Shown piece after piece: positions 38,888 through 53,032 of a stretch of 64,000 nucleotides of DNA. Source of the stretch: Rhizophagus irregularis. Its lineage: Eukaryota. The stretch is from assembly GCF_026210795.1 (NCBI RefSeq), contig NC_089429.1:5394001-5458000 (forward strand), in the 5' to 3' direction. The notes below the pieces were generated by a model. That model did no database searches, was not told the origin of the DNA, and worked only from the letters and a program-made list of their open reading frames with translations. Each line of letters opens with the position of its first letter. Position 1 is the first letter of the stretch. A program made the position numbers and the translations under genes.

Positions 38888-40879
38888 CGTAATCATTACA
38901 CAAATAATGATATTTTGGATATTTTACCTGAATTTCGTATTCGGGATTCACCGATGCCTTGGAGCATCGGTGTACATGGAGTATTTATTAGAAGTATTTA
39001 TCGAATGAGTCTCCGCCGATCACTGATTATCCATCATAGGTGTCTATCAAAAAAAAAAGTATGTGCTGCAATGTGCCAGTCCGAAACAACGGAGTCGGTA
39101 CACTACAGAAAAATTGATTGGTAAATATTGCATCCTCAATGTTCATAGAAAGCTCTTACATTATTCAAGAAAAAGACTTAAAATGTAAGATCTTAGGCTA
39201 AAATTGCAGATATCTCAAAATTTTTTCACCAATCATATGCAGCATCACCCTGTCATGCATATCTATGTGACTGACATCGCGTCCCGGCCTTGTAGTAAAG
39301 CTAGTAAAGCTCTCCACTAGCTTTATCTTTGTATAATTTCTTAATTCCGGTAGCCAATACTACCAGTAAAATTATATATTTCAAAACTATATTGTAGATA
39401 ATCTTGTTACGTAACTACCGCCGCAACCGTCTAACATGATCTGATTAGCTAATCCGCTAACATCTGCTGATCTATTTTTTAGACGGCAGATGTTATTTAT
39501 ATTACGGAGTTCTCTGCTAAAATGTGACTTCGCTGACATAGTAATATTAATTCAGCTTCATGTTAGCGTCAGCCATCGGCTGCGGTGTACCGTGCACCGA
39601 CTGCACCAACTGACATTAGATTCGCAACCTTAAAGGTGTTTGGGCGGCCTGGCCTTATAGGACCGCCATATCGTACTGTGCCTATCTAAAGCCAGCACAG
39701 AGGATATGATATTCACGCTCTATAATACTTAGAAATTATTTCTATACCCTCTTGCACATCACACTTAAATGCCATCATTGCTCTATATAAAAATTCTTCC
39801 CTATACAGTACAAAGAACATATATAGACAATATGTCTATGACACCTCTCAACATTTTCCAAAGATATATGATTATCATGCCCTCTCCTACATGTATAAAA
39901 TACCAACTGAATTTCTTGTCCAGCAGCCACTGTAGAAGCATCTACTTCACTCTGGTCTGTAGCGCTATCTCTTCTAATATGAGGTTCAAACTCTACAAAA
40001 TTGATTTCCAAAAGTTAGTGAACCAATTCCTTATTGTATCTGCTGTTGATGTGTGCTGTCCTGTAGTTAAGCCTAGGACAAAAAAGCTAAATAGGGATCC
40101 TATCTACGTACACGGAAATGTATGGCACACCATAACCCGTAAATATGCGGATTTCATAGTTAATTAAAGCCTGTATGGAAAACCTACCTGTGTTATTGGA
40201 AGCAATTCGTTCAACGAATTGAGAGTTGGAGATATTCCCAACGGTAGAGATACCATTAATACGGTTCCTGTGTTCACGAGCCCTAACCATATCTCTCACA
40301 GTCTTTCTAGCACGTTGCATAAAGCTTTTTCGATTAACTGGCATCTACAAAAGCAAATTATAACCAGACGTTAGTTCATACTATACATACTATATAATGA
40401 ACTAACGACTCTAACGACTCCCTAGAATGAAAGTATCCTGTTGTTGATGGTTAGCAGATTATAAAAAAACTACAGAAAAGAAAAACACACTCTGTCTCTT
40501 TAAAGTGCCTTCCAAGGCGTTTTGTCAGTTTCGAAGTGTCTTGAGGATCTTACAAAAAAAAAAAAAAGGTTTCGAAGTATCTTGTGGGTCCTACAATAAA
40601 AAAAAAGTGATAAAGTTTTAAAGCGTCTACAATAAAAAAAAATGAAAAGGTTTCGTCGCGACTACAATAAAAAAAAATAAAAAAAATTCCAATTAAAAAA
40701 TACTAACATTCCAAATAAAAAATACGCGACTATATAAGACAGGTGCATGAAAATTAGCCAATGGATGTTGGATGCTTAGTTACATCATTTTTATGGCCTA
40801 AAATACAAACCGACAAATCACATGATTATTACATGATTATTATATAAAAAATGTAAACACTCTTAAATTATCAATTATC

Positions 40880-42560
40880 TAAATGGCAAACCGACAAAAT
40901 TAATTTCTACATCAACCAACGAAACAGCAACCTTACAGAAAATCAAACGAAAATGATAAAATCAATTCTAGAACGTAAACCAAGAAATCTACAAATGACT
41001 CTACTAAATATAATACTATTCCGTTTGGTTGCCGGAAGTGTGGCAAAACATATACCAAGAAAGTTAACCAAGAATATTGGGACTGTTTTAACAAAGCGAT
41101 AACAGTGGAAGATATCATCATAACCAAGAAAAATCTCAATAGAGGAAACCTTCAGGACCGTCAGGAGTCACTTACGAAGACCTAATACATTTAGACAAAT
41201 CGGTTTTAGAAATACTTTCATACATTTATAATGCATACCTTAAATTTGAAACAACTCCCAATGCTTGGAAAGAAGCATTGCTATTTCCAATCCTAAACCG
41301 TTCGACTGGAATTGTCAATTAATCAATACACGACCGATTACACTATTGGAAACTCCACGTAAACTATTAGTTAAAATATTCACAATTAAACTTAACAATG
41401 TCTTATATCAACACGAAACATACTGGAATACAATAACAAAGCGGGAATTTCAGGAAATCTACGCTAGAGCCTCTTTTTATGATTCAACATATAATCGAAC
41501 AATCAAGACTTAACAAAAACAACGAATTATGGATCATCCTACAAGACCTATCAAAAGCTTGTGATCGTACATATCTATTCTTCGATTGGGCATTACAAAG
41601 AGTGAATTTACCTAATCACATTACTAATTTTTTTTGTGACCTTTTCACTAATAGAATTAATAAAATCATTCTACCTAAAGGGTTATCTACCGTATAGCGC
41701 TGCATATAGTACCCTGGTACTATTCAAGAAAGTCCGCTTAGATTGAATAATACTCGGGGGGATACTATAGGAGGAGGGGGTACTATTAAAAGGGGGTATA
41801 TTGGAAAATCGAATTTTGATTAGTACCGGGGTATTTTTCAAAAATACCCGAATGTGAATTTGAATAATACCCCGGTACTATTTGAAAGGGGTACTATTAC
41901 AAGGGGGTACTGTATGCAGCGCTATACGGTAATCAATATAACGTTCTACAAGGTTTAGATCAAGGAAAGGTAGTTTCTCCTTTACTCCGGAACCTCTATT
42001 ACGACCACTTATTTCAAAAAATCAACGAACAGACCGATTTACATTATCATACTTCATCGACTCGTATCAGAAACATCAACGACCGCTCAAAAGATATTAC
42101 ATACGAATTTGCCACATCTTTAGTGGGATATTTAGATGACACGACATAGTTTTCATCTTCATTGTCGCAAGCTAATGAAAAAATTATCAATCGCCAATCC
42201 CTTTTACGACTTCACTAAAATTAAAATCAATAAAGAAAATACAAAGCTCTAATTAATCAAGAATTAGAAACCAACAATGCTGCATTAGACATCAACGGAT
42301 CATTAACGAATGCAGTAGTGTCCTCATCCAGGAAAGGACTGGAAAGGTGAACGGATCCATACATTAACGCCTCTGATAGACATCATCAAATCATTTCAAA
42401 AATTAAATCAATAGTTTACCACCATTATAACATCATGAAAACAAAAAATTAATTCACGATCACGTTAGATACAAATAACACTCCCTAAAATAGAATACCT
42501 TATTCAACATACCAATTTAACCTTTAAACAACCCCAATACTGATGATGACATCAAAAGAA
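40880..42560 (+). pseudogene. Non-LTR retrotransposon (LINE) reverse transcriptase relic
   Basis: PSGVTYE, PKPFDW..NTRPITLLETPRK, QDLSKACDR, GLDQGKVVSPLL and GYLDDTT motifs, with several frameshifts and a MITE insertion. Confidence 0.88.
41690..41929. mobile_element. Tc1/mariner-type MITE inserted in the LINE RT
   Basis: TA|CCGTATAGCGCTGCATA(T/C)AGTACCC ... GGGTACTGTATGCAGCGCTATACGG|TA. The RT sequence resumes after it. Confidence 0.92.
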
Positions 42561-43759
42561 TATTTTTTTTCATTCATGAGCTTATTTAAAGTGATTTCTA
42601 ATTTCTGAAGTAATTAATATCTAGTTGCAATCAAAAACAAATAAGTCTAATATATTAAAACTATGCTTCACGGTTTAGAATCGGCAATAAACTAGAAAAA
42701 ATTGTGTTTAATTCAACTACAACAGGAACTGACCAAAACGATAACATGGAAAGTAAGCGTATTTATTTTAGTTGATATCTGATATACTGTATAGTAGATA
42801 TATTTTTATTATAAAAGCATGTTATTATAATTGAATCTCGTCCGACTTAAATGAATTCTCGTTTATAAGCACCCGCACGTTCTCCTCGGACCGCAGTTTG
42901 GAAGAAAATACGCATTATGGAGTAATAGCATAACGAGCATTCCTCAGTTCGTGGTACGTTGCTATAAAATCTCATTGACTTTTCTAATAAGTTACATATT
43001 ATTTCATAAACATTCAACCTTTTAGCAGTCTAGCTTTTAGTAATTCATGATAAAGTAATCCAATAATAAAAATACTCTATATTTTACCAATATTTACATA
43101 ATGGTTACCGAACATCCTATTACCTTTGTACATTTTCCGCATGTAAATCCCTTTAGAATAATTATAAACGAATTGAATTTCTAGTTCAGTCGATTATAGT
43201 AGAATTATTGTCTTATTTGTTGCTACAGCGGACGCTCCAAGAGAGGCTGTACGTTAACAGTTAAATTAATGAAGTTATTTTAAAATCCGCTAGCCGAATC
43301 TCGTTCTACTATGTAACACTACAGCGTGCTATAGTTGTATAAATAAAAGTTAAATGATTTTCATTTGGTAGATATTTTAGGCATTTCATAATTTTTTTTT
43401 ACGGAAAAAATTTACATTATTACATTAGAGAAATAAAAAGAAATATCTTGGTTAATAAAAAATCCGAAATTAGATTATTTATAGATTTAATTATAAAACT
43501 ATTGTAATAAACTACCATTTATAAATAATTTTATTACAGTAATTTCAATTAATTATTTTGGTAAACCCCTATAAAACAGCTCGGCCACTCGGCTAATCTT
43601 GGCCTCATAAACGCAGCACTATCGTTTCCGCCAATCACATTGAATACCGCAGTTACTCGGCACTTCGCCAATGTGAAATGCCAAGTAACTAATAAATAAT
43701 TTATAATATTTTGTATTCCCTACTTAAATTAATTATTTCCTCACTAGCCAATTTACTTG

Positions 43760-44354
43760 GCTGAAATTTTTTCGTAGTAATTTCATGTTTTCCTAGTACA
43801 GGTGCTGTTCTTGAATTTTTTTATGGATTGCAGATTTTGTGGCTCATGTGGCGGTGAAGATGATGATGTAGAATACCAGGGCATTTCCTTGGTAGATTTT
43901 GATATAAAATTTTGATTGTTAATACAAATAAAACTAAAATTATGTAGTTCTAAATAAAACTTTCCTTCAATTGATGTTAAAGCATCTGAAAAAAAATGGA
44001 AGATCCACGTTTAACATTGTAGTCTGATTTTTTTAGCAGTTTCCATTTGAATGAAATAATATGATTGGAATCTCAGTTGGTTTACCTTTAGCCATATAGC
44101 CTGAGATGATATTTTCAAATTGTGTCAAGATTTGTAAAAAGTACTGAATCTGATACCAAAGCTTGCCTACAACGTTGTCCTTCTTCCAATTTTCGTCAAG
44201 AGAGTAAACACTATAATATTAAATATTTCAGTTGAGCAGCATCTGAGTCACCTTCAAGTCTTGTATATCGAATGGCTATTCCTATGAAGAATTCACCTGG
44301 CGTTTTCTCTCTATATTCCGAAATATAAAGAATTGTTGAGAGCTGTACAGGCAT
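43760..44354 (-). pseudogene. Decayed hypothetical-protein gene
   Basis: Minus-strand ATG reads MPVQLSTILYISEYREKTPGEFFIGIAIRYTRLEGDSDAAQ, then frameshifts. Composition is coding-like. Confidence 0.35.
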
Positions 44355-44799
44355 TAGAAATTAAAAATTTAAGCGTAAAATTTTTTTTTAAAAGAAAAGG
44401 TGTTAAAAGGTTTTTTTTGTTGTGTTGTGTGGGAAATCCCAAAAATTAATAAAAAACGATGACGATTTCTAAAAAAAACCAATGATGATTTCTCATGTGA
44501 AAAATTTCATTAATTTTTTATATTGTATTTTCATTTCTTTATGAAGCCTAATTCAGCGCACATTGGGATTATGGCCTGACCCAATTAAGTTAAATAATAC
44601 GCCTAATGCGCCACTGCAAATCCTATATAAAAATCCGTAGCAGACACATAATGGACGATCCAATTTAAATATGCAGGGTAGTCTTAACGTCACCGTCGCG
44701 GCAGGGATTTTTTTATAATTGAAAATATTCTATATAAAGCTCAAAAATTTTCACTTTTGAAAAAAAAAAATTCTTTAATCTTAAATTTCAAAAAAAAAA

Positions 44800-46150
44800 A
44801 TGCCACTTAAATTAGATAACCTCGATTTATCAAAACATGTTATAATCCTTACTGGTGCAACCGATGGTAAAAAAAAAAATTTTTTTTAAAATTAAAATTA
44901 TGCTTAATATAACATAAATTCTTTTATTTTATTTTAAGGCATCGGTAAAGAAATGGCGAGAATTTTAGCTGGATTTAATCCCAAGCGATTGATTTTACCA
45001 GCTCGTAATATAGAAAAAGGAAATAATTTATTAGAATATATTAAATCTTCTAACGGACATGTAAATAATGTTGAAATTTGGGAAATGGATTTGGGCGATT
45101 TACAAAGTGTAAAAAATTTTGCTAATAAATTCATCAAAGAAGTTGGGGAATTACATATTTTAATTAATAATGCAGGTAATAAAAAATTAAAAATAATACT
45201 GTCGATCAAATCAATGCTGTTTGAAATGAAATTATAGTTGTGAAAAGTCAACTTACTTCATTAGAAAGTCAGTCCATTTATTTTTTTGATATATTTTATA
45301 GGTGTAAGTGTACAAAGTCGAGTCATTAAAACAAAAGATAACTTTGAATTACAATTTCAAGTAATTTATTTATTTTATTTATTTATTTATTTTTATTCGC
45401 AAATCGTTTGTTACTTTGTTTCACTTTTAACATTTATTATATATTGTTTTTAGGTTAATCATTTGGCACCATTTTTACTCATTTGGTTGTTATTGGATAC
45501 GATGAAAAGATCGGTTTCCGCTGAATTACCTGGAAAAATTGCATTTACTACTTCAGTGTCCAATCAATTTGGCGAAATTGATTTTGATAATTTAAACCTT
45601 GAAAAAAATAATTCTTGGCATCCTTTTAAAGGTTACGGAAATACTAAATTGATGGTAAGCGATATCAAAGATTGTTTATTTAAATAATAAAATCTTTTTA
45701 TTTATTTATATATTTTTAATTTTTCTTTAAAAAAAAAAGGAGATTATTATTTCTAAGCATTTAGGTCGTATGGTTCAAAGTGAAAGTAAGTATTAAAATT
45801 ATTTTTATTATCATATAAGAAAAAAATTTGTTTTAACCCTTTTCTTTTAAATATATATAGATATTACAACATGTTCAATTCACCCTGGTATAATTCATAC
45901 AAATATTACTCAATTGAGTAGCCCTTTATTTGCTTCTATATTTAAAATTCTTACAAAAGTAATTAGAGCTGAGATAACAGCTGAACAAGGTGCCATCAAC
46001 GTTCTTTATCCTGTATTTTCTCTCGAAACGGGAAAATACTATAATGAAGGAATTGAGGATGAACCAAATAAAATCGCTTACGATCAAGAAATTGAAAAGA
46101 AATTGTGGGATGTTTCTGAACAAATATTAAAAGATCATGGAATGATCTAA
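44800..46150 (+). CDS. SDR, RDH12/WWOX-like (copy G), 6 exons
   Basis: Motifs intact; in-frame 9-nt deletion (NKE) in exon 6. Confidence 0.85.
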
Positions 46151-47019
46151 AGTTTAGTTTTCTTATTATTATTCTTTTTATAACAAATTTTCTTTATGTT
46201 AACGTACAATATTATTATCATCATATCTATTTATCTTATCAATTATTACCTTATAAATTATTACCTTATAAATTATTATCTTATCAATTAAACGAATTTA
46301 TTGAAAAGTAAATTTTTAAAAAGTTCGTATTTTATCCTCATTTTCGTTTATGACATTTGATTTAATAAAAACATCTAAATCGTCCTATTATTCAAGCCGT
46401 AATAAGAGAAATAACTTGTTAGAATCTGTCGTTTTCATTTTAGTATATTTTCCATTTATTTTTTATATTTAAAAGTATAAATAAAAACCGTTGAATTAAG
46501 AACAAAATAAAGACAAATAGTTGTGTAGAAGTTGTGGAATATCTTAAACCGCTATCCGTCGGATTACGGATATCCGCTAAAAAAATTCGGATTTATGATA
46601 ATACCGGATTGGATTTCTCGGATAATTGAATAATGGACAATGTCCATCAATAATAATATCACAAATTTGTTTTTTTGATTATCCTTCGGATATCCCGTCG
46701 AATTTCCCGAATCCGGCGGATTTTTCGGATGACGGATGATGATCGGGACGTTTTGCCGAAAAATTTGGCCAACATCATGCAGAATTATGAATAACTCAGG
46801 CCAAAGATTATTTTTTCGGGTGATCTTTTTTTTTAGTAACATTCAGACGAAAATCATGCAAATCATCAATCAACGAGAAAGCGTAATTAATAAATTACAG
46901 GCCTATCTTCACATGCTATGATCAAATTGAATTTTATTTAATTATAGCTTATATAAAGTTCAAAAATACCTACTTGAAAAAAGTTTAAATCCTCGAACAA
47001 TTAACTTCAAAAAAAAAAG

Positions 47020-48293
47020 ATGCCTGTTAAATTAAATAACTACGATTTATCAAAACATGTTATAATTCTTACTGGTGCAACTTATGGTAAATAAATTCAA
47101 CATATACACTTCCACTTCGAATAATTCAATCACTTATATTTTGTATTATTTAAGGCATTGGTAAAGAAATGGCAAGAATTTTATCACTATTTAATCCAAA
47201 GCGATTGATTTTACCAGCTCGCAATAAAGTAAAAGGAAATAATTTATTAGAATATATTAAATTTTCTAATGGACATATAAATAATATTGAAATTTGGGAT
47301 ATGGATTTAGAAGATTTACAAAGTGTAAAAAAATTTGCTAATAAATTCATCAAAGAAATTGGAGAATTACATATCTTAATTAATAACTGAATGCGGGTAA
47401 AGGAAATAATTAATAATAGGGAATTTTTAATCGCGTTAATATATATTTAATTAATTGATATATATTTTATAGGTATAATCGTACAAAATCAAATCATTAA
47501 AACGAAAGATAACTTTGAATTACAATTTCAAGTAATTTATTTATTTTTTTGCAAGTTCGTTTGTTTCGTTTTTAACATTTATACATTTTATATATCAATT
47601 TTAGGTCAATCATTTAGCACCATTTTTACTTACTTTAATGTTATTGGATACGATGAAAAAATCAGTTTCTGCTGAATTACCTGGAAAAATTGCTTTAACT
47701 AGTTCAGAAGCCAATAAATTTGGCGAAATTGATTTTGATAATTTAAATCTTGAAAAAGGTAGTTATTTGAATCCTTTTCAAGCTTATGGAAATACGAAAT
47801 TGATGGTAAGCATAGTTATTAATTTAATAATGAAGTTTTATTTATATATAATTTATTTATTTATTTATTTATTTTAGAATGTTCTTGTTACAAAGGAATT
47901 AAGTCGCATAGTTCAAAACGAAAGTAAGTATAGTTAAACCCATTTCTTACTATCAGTAAGAAAAATATTCTAATTCTTTTTCTTTTTAAATATACAGATA
48001 TTACAACATATTCGCTTCATCCTGGAGTAATTATAACAAATATAAATCATTTGAATAGAAACTATTTAAATTATCTCCTTTACATATTATTAATAATATC
48101 TAGGGTTGAAATAACGACTGAACAAGGTGCCATCAACGTTCTTTATCCTGTATTTTCTCACGAAAATAAAGAAACGGGAAAGTATTATAAGGATGGTGTT
48201 GAAGAGCCAAATAAAGTTGCGTATGATCAAGAAGTTGCAAAAAAATTGTGGGATGTTTCTGAAAAAATTTTAAAAAATCATGGAATGATTTAG
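47020..48293 (+). pseudogene. SDR copy H, disrupted
   Basis: A 5-nt insertion (AACTG) in the NNAG codons at ~47385 creates TGA at 47388-47390 and a frameshift. The other exons are open. Confidence 0.85.
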
Positions 48294-48396
48294 ATTTGAT
48301 TTTCATTTTTATTTATTTGTATATGCGACATTGTGTTACATCTTAATTAATAAACGCTATTATCATACAAAAGAAGAGTTATATCATGGGCATCAT

Positions 48397-50286
48397 GGGC
48401 ATGCTAAATCTCACCGCAGGGCGCAGGTGATTTTCAGCGCACCAGCATTAGTCAGATAATTCCAGCAGAAATTTATTTACAGTCCTAAAAAAACGCGTAG
48501 TAAATTTTTTATTCTTACTGATCAGCATTTTGGTTGAAATTGTTATTAATTAATATTAAGTAATATTGATATTATGATTTAGTAATACCTTAGACATTCT
48601 GCATTTTCTTTAGGGCAACATCACTCCTGGAACCGAACAATCACTACAGAACTACTTGAAATTTTTTATTTACGAATTTATCAACATATATGTTCTAGAA
48701 AAAAGACGTTATAAGGGCAAACAACCTTCATCATCCTCTACTATGACAAAAAACAAAAAGGTAATCCAAAGAATTATAAAGAAAATGTAATTGAAATTCG
48801 ATATTCGCTATGTTCTGTTCATTGTACCATCACAATAGTCCGTTTCATTTGTTTGCATTTGTAACGAGATTCTTAGAATGGAAACTAGGCATTAGTCCTG
48901 ATGACAAAAAAAGTGCTAAAATCTTATATCACATAGACTTTCCCTTGATCACAAAAAATCTCTAATCTAACCGAGCTATGAACGGAGTGAATACTAATCA
49001 TGTCATGTAAACTAAATCAATTAATGTTCGAATACTTACTATTTATTAAAACTATACACACTGTACGTATTATAAGAATTTTGAAATAGGAGCAAGAAAT
49101 GGTATTACATAGTATAATATAATCAAATGCTGTGAAATTTTTTACCTCAGTTGCTAATCCCCAATTTATGCTATAGTTTCGAAATTACTTAAAGTTCTCT
49201 CGCAGAGCTTAAAACTTTATATGATCCGTGTGGGTGGGAATGATATCGATATACGTAGATATTGGTGACTACTGTATGCATTTATAATTCTAATAAATTT
49301 GCAGTTTAAATTTACATATGCTTTTACTTTATACAAATTAGCAAATAAAGAAATCCATACAATACAGCCTACTCTACAAATGATTTAATTGAATAAGTGT
49401 TAAAATCAAACAAACAGCATGTCAATGCTTTTCATTCTTTTTCTTTTTTTTGTTGCTTCTCTTCTTCACTCATTTCTGATCTATGCTTTTGTAATATCTC
49501 AGTTACATCAATCTCCTCAAAATATTTCTCGGGTGACTTATTCCATTCTTCAACTAATTTATCATATGCATTTATTGGTACCAATTCGCGAGTAAACTCA
49601 TCAACATAACAAAGATTTTCACGATTAAAAAGGTAATTTGTTAAAGCTTCTTTCAGATTACCTCCTCCACGTATCATGCTATCATCTATGCGAGACCAAA
49701 GATAAATAACACCATCAGAACCTTCTAGCCAAAAGACTGAATCATCATATGTTACAAACATGAGGCGGAAATCAGTAATGCCATACAATTTGTTGAAGAG
49801 TCGGATCTCACGGTCATCCAAAATATTTTTGTTTGCATCTTTGCGATATGGATATTTAACTCAAGGAGCAATGGCAGATCCTGTGTGTGCTGCGGCTCGC
49901 GCACCTGTAAGGCACTAGGAACGCTTCGTATAAAATTCGTGAATTTTCGCTCCTCCTCGCAAGTCTCTCCAAATACGTCCATAACTACAGTAAAATTTTT
50001 CAGATAAAAAAAAACACAGACTCAATCCAATAAGACAGTGGCTTACTTCTTGTTCAGTATTTATATTTAGCAAAGTAATGTGCGTCAACTGAGATATGGT
50101 TTGATGTAACACAATGTAATGTGGGAAGTATTATACATGTGACTCATGGTGATAGTACACTGATGGTACCATTACTAATTTTGGCGTAAACTAGTGGTAC
50201 GGCAAATATTAATGGGTGGAGTTTTATGACATTTTTAATTCTGCCTCCTGGTAGGGTGACAATCACGGTGATATTTAGCAATACTC
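48397..50286. mobile_element. Non-autonomous TIR element carrying a cargo ORF
   Basis: AT|GGGCATGCTAAATCTCACCG ... CGGTGATATTTAGCAATACTC|AT. Both end regions match the short element at ~35798-35945. Confidence 0.6.
49432..49982 (-). pseudogene. Hypothetical protein (~183 aa if one frameshift near 49858 is repaired), possible SUKH/US22-like fold
   Basis: ORFs 49752-49982 and 49432-49821 join with a 1-nt correction (..LLLE/KYPYRKDANKNILDDREIR..). Contains FWLEGSDGVIYLWSRIDDSMIRGGGNLKEALTNYL. Confidence 0.6.
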
Positions 50287-50589
50287 ATATAATTAGTAAG
50301 TGTCGAGATTAACAATTATGACAAGCGCGTATTGTGTACGTACGGTCAACGGATTAACAACTTATCCATAACGGTATATGGATATATGGATTAGCGCGTG
50401 GACATCTGATAGCAATCAATTGCATCGAAAAACTTATATGATCTATCGTATCGAAAGAATTAAAAGAAAGAAGAGTAACAAAAGTTCGTTTATATTTAAA
50501 AAGAATTAATATTTTAAAGTTAAAACTTATTATTATTTGCCTATAAAAACAAAACGTTAGTGCGACCGATGATATTATAATAATACATT

Positions 50590-51523
50590 TTGTGAAATTT
50601 ACTGTCGGTGTACTATAAATTACTAAACAAATATAGTTTATTTTATTTTAACGCTTTAAGGCATCAATAAAGAAATGGCAAGAAATTTATCTGGATTTAA
50701 TTCTAAACGATTGCCTTTATCAGAAAAATCAAACAATGTATGAAAATAATTAAATCTTCTAACGGAATTGTAGATAGCGTTGAACGACTTACAAATTGCA
50801 AATAAGTAGGAAATTACACATGTTAATTAATGTTGTAGGTAATAAAAAAAAAGAAAAAAAGAGTAATAATTAATTACGTCGGTATTGCATCTACATATTT
50901 TAGTCCGGAGTGTAGCAGCCAATTATTTTTATAGAATGAAAAAATCAGTTTAAGCTGAATCACCTGGAAAAATTGCATTTACTAATATCACATTTACTAC
51001 TAGTTCTGAAAAAGGTGCTTTTATTTCAGGCTTATGCGAATATTAAATTAAAGGTAAAGTTATTTTTTTATAAAATCTGATTATTTAATAATTAAGATTT
51101 ACGTACGTATAAAATATTTATTTAAATACGCTTTTCATTTTTTAAAAATAAAATTACAGTATTATAGCTACTAGCGTGTAGTTCAAAATGAAAGTAACTA
51201 AAGTATTATTTTAAAGATCAAATTTTTCGTCAGCTTTAAATTTTTCGTTAGATTTGTTAAAAAATAAAAAGATATTTTACATTTACAATCATCAAATATG
51301 TAAATATTAAAAATTATATTCTGATATAATGTTAAATAACGTGTCTGACCTATTCGGATATTTTATCTTAACGATAATAATGAAATTTACAAGTTCAGTG
51401 CATTTTAATATTGTACTTTTCTAAAGAATATTATCATGAAAGGGTACCAAATAAAATTGTAAATGATCGAAAAGTTACAAGGAATTTATGGAATATTCTG
51501 AACGAAATAACGGAATGATTTAA
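50590..51523 (+). pseudogene. Highly degenerate SDR copy I
   Basis: Remnants AAAGAAATGGCAAGAAATTTATCTGGATTTAATTCTAAACGATTG, GAATCACCTGGAAAAATTGCATTTACT and GGAATGATTTAA occur in the expected order with many indels. Confidence 0.85.
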
Positions 51524-52115
51524 ATTATTCTTGTCATTAGTAATATTTGTTTAAGAATTGCATATACAGTACATAATTATATATGTATACAATTATTATG
51601 CATTGCACAATAACAAATAAATATTGCAATTTTTTTTACCTGTCCATGGCGTAATTTTCGGCAATTGACGACTGCGATTTCTTATTAATCATATATCGTA
51701 ATATTATCTCCTGATCGGCACCATTTACACGATTAAGCCGCTTATACCATTTTTGGTATCAGGACATTTCGCCGAAAAATTATCTCTGGCCTGAGTTATT
51801 TATAATTCTGCATAATGTTGGCCCTATTTTTCGGCGAAACGTCCTTTCGGCGAAATGGCTTTCGGAGAAATGTACCGTAACCTATATTTTTTAAGTGTAA
51901 TAGTAATAGTTCTAAACTTTTTTACTCACTTTTTTAAAATTTTTAAAATGAAGAATTAAAAAATAACCAATCGAAAGAAAATAAATATAATATAATTATC
52001 ATTATACTCACCAATTGAGAATGTGCTTTTTAAATGAACGAAATGAACGAAATGGCAAAATTTCAACATGGTCATCATTTATCCGATCCAAGTAAGGTAT
52101 GTTTTCATACAGTAT

Positions 52116-52542
52116 CCTTATAAAAGTATTTATATTTAAAATATAATTAAAAACTTTTTAAAATATATTTAATTTAAAAATTGCGAAATACTTATAATAT
52201 ACTTAAAATGTATTTAAAATTATCTTAAAATATATTTCTAATATATTTAATTTTTGCCCATATACTTAAAATATACTTAAATTATACTTAAATTAAAATT
52301 TAAGTATATTATAGATATATTTTTTACATACTTAAAATATACTTAAAATATATTATGAAATATATTATAAGTATATTTTAAGTATATGGGCAAAAATTAA
52401 ATATACTAGACATATATTTTAAGATAATTTTAAGTATATTTTAGATATATTAAAAATATATTATAAGTATTTTGCAATTTTTAAATTAAGTATATTATAA
52501 ATATATTTTAAATATATTTTAAGTATAATACTTTTTATAGGG
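52116..52542. mobile_element. AT-rich palindromic MITE with CC(C/T)TATAAAA termini
   Basis: CCTTATAAAAGTAT ... ATACTTTTTATAGGG with internal inverted ATACTTAAAAT/ATTTTAAGTAT repeats. TSD imperfect. Confidence 0.65.
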
Positions 52543-52734
52543 AATATGACCGGTAAAATATTACCGATGTACGCCGAATTCTTATTTTTGCATCGTTTTA
52601 CGTAGGTTACGTAGGTTACGTAGGTTTAGTTTTTTCCAATAAATTCTTGTTCATTACAAATTATTTTTACTCGTATTACGAAAAAAAAATTATATAAAGG
52701 ATTTCAATTTTTACTTTTCTTTTTATAATAAAAT

Positions 52735-52970
52735 CATTTCAAATTAAAAAATTATAATCATTTCAAAGAACTAAAAATCTTTCAAATAATTAAATCCTTT
52801 AAAGAATTAAAATTTTCCAAAGAATTAAAATCTTCCAAAGAATTAAAATCTTTTAAAGAATCAAAATCTTTTAAAGAATCAAAATCTTTTAAAGAATTGA
52901 AATCTTTTAAAGAATCAAAATCTTTTAAAGAATTAAGCTCTTTAAAATAATTAAAATCTTTTAAAATTTC
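52735..52970 (+). repeat. 18-bp tandem repeat (AAAGAAT(C/T)AAAATCTTTT) upstream of SDR copy J
   Basis: About a dozen units lie between a TATATAAA at ~52691 and the ATG at 53033. Confidence 0.85.
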
Positions 52971-53032
52971 AAATATATCAACAAAATTAATATTTTTTAC
53001 AAACGTTTAAAAGATAACCTAAAAAAAACAAA

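Noticed and set aside
47380..47396. 5-nt insertion in SDR H as a Tc1/mariner excision footprint
   Set aside because: It reads AA-CTG-AA rather than TA-CWG-TA, so the duplicated dinucleotide is not TA.
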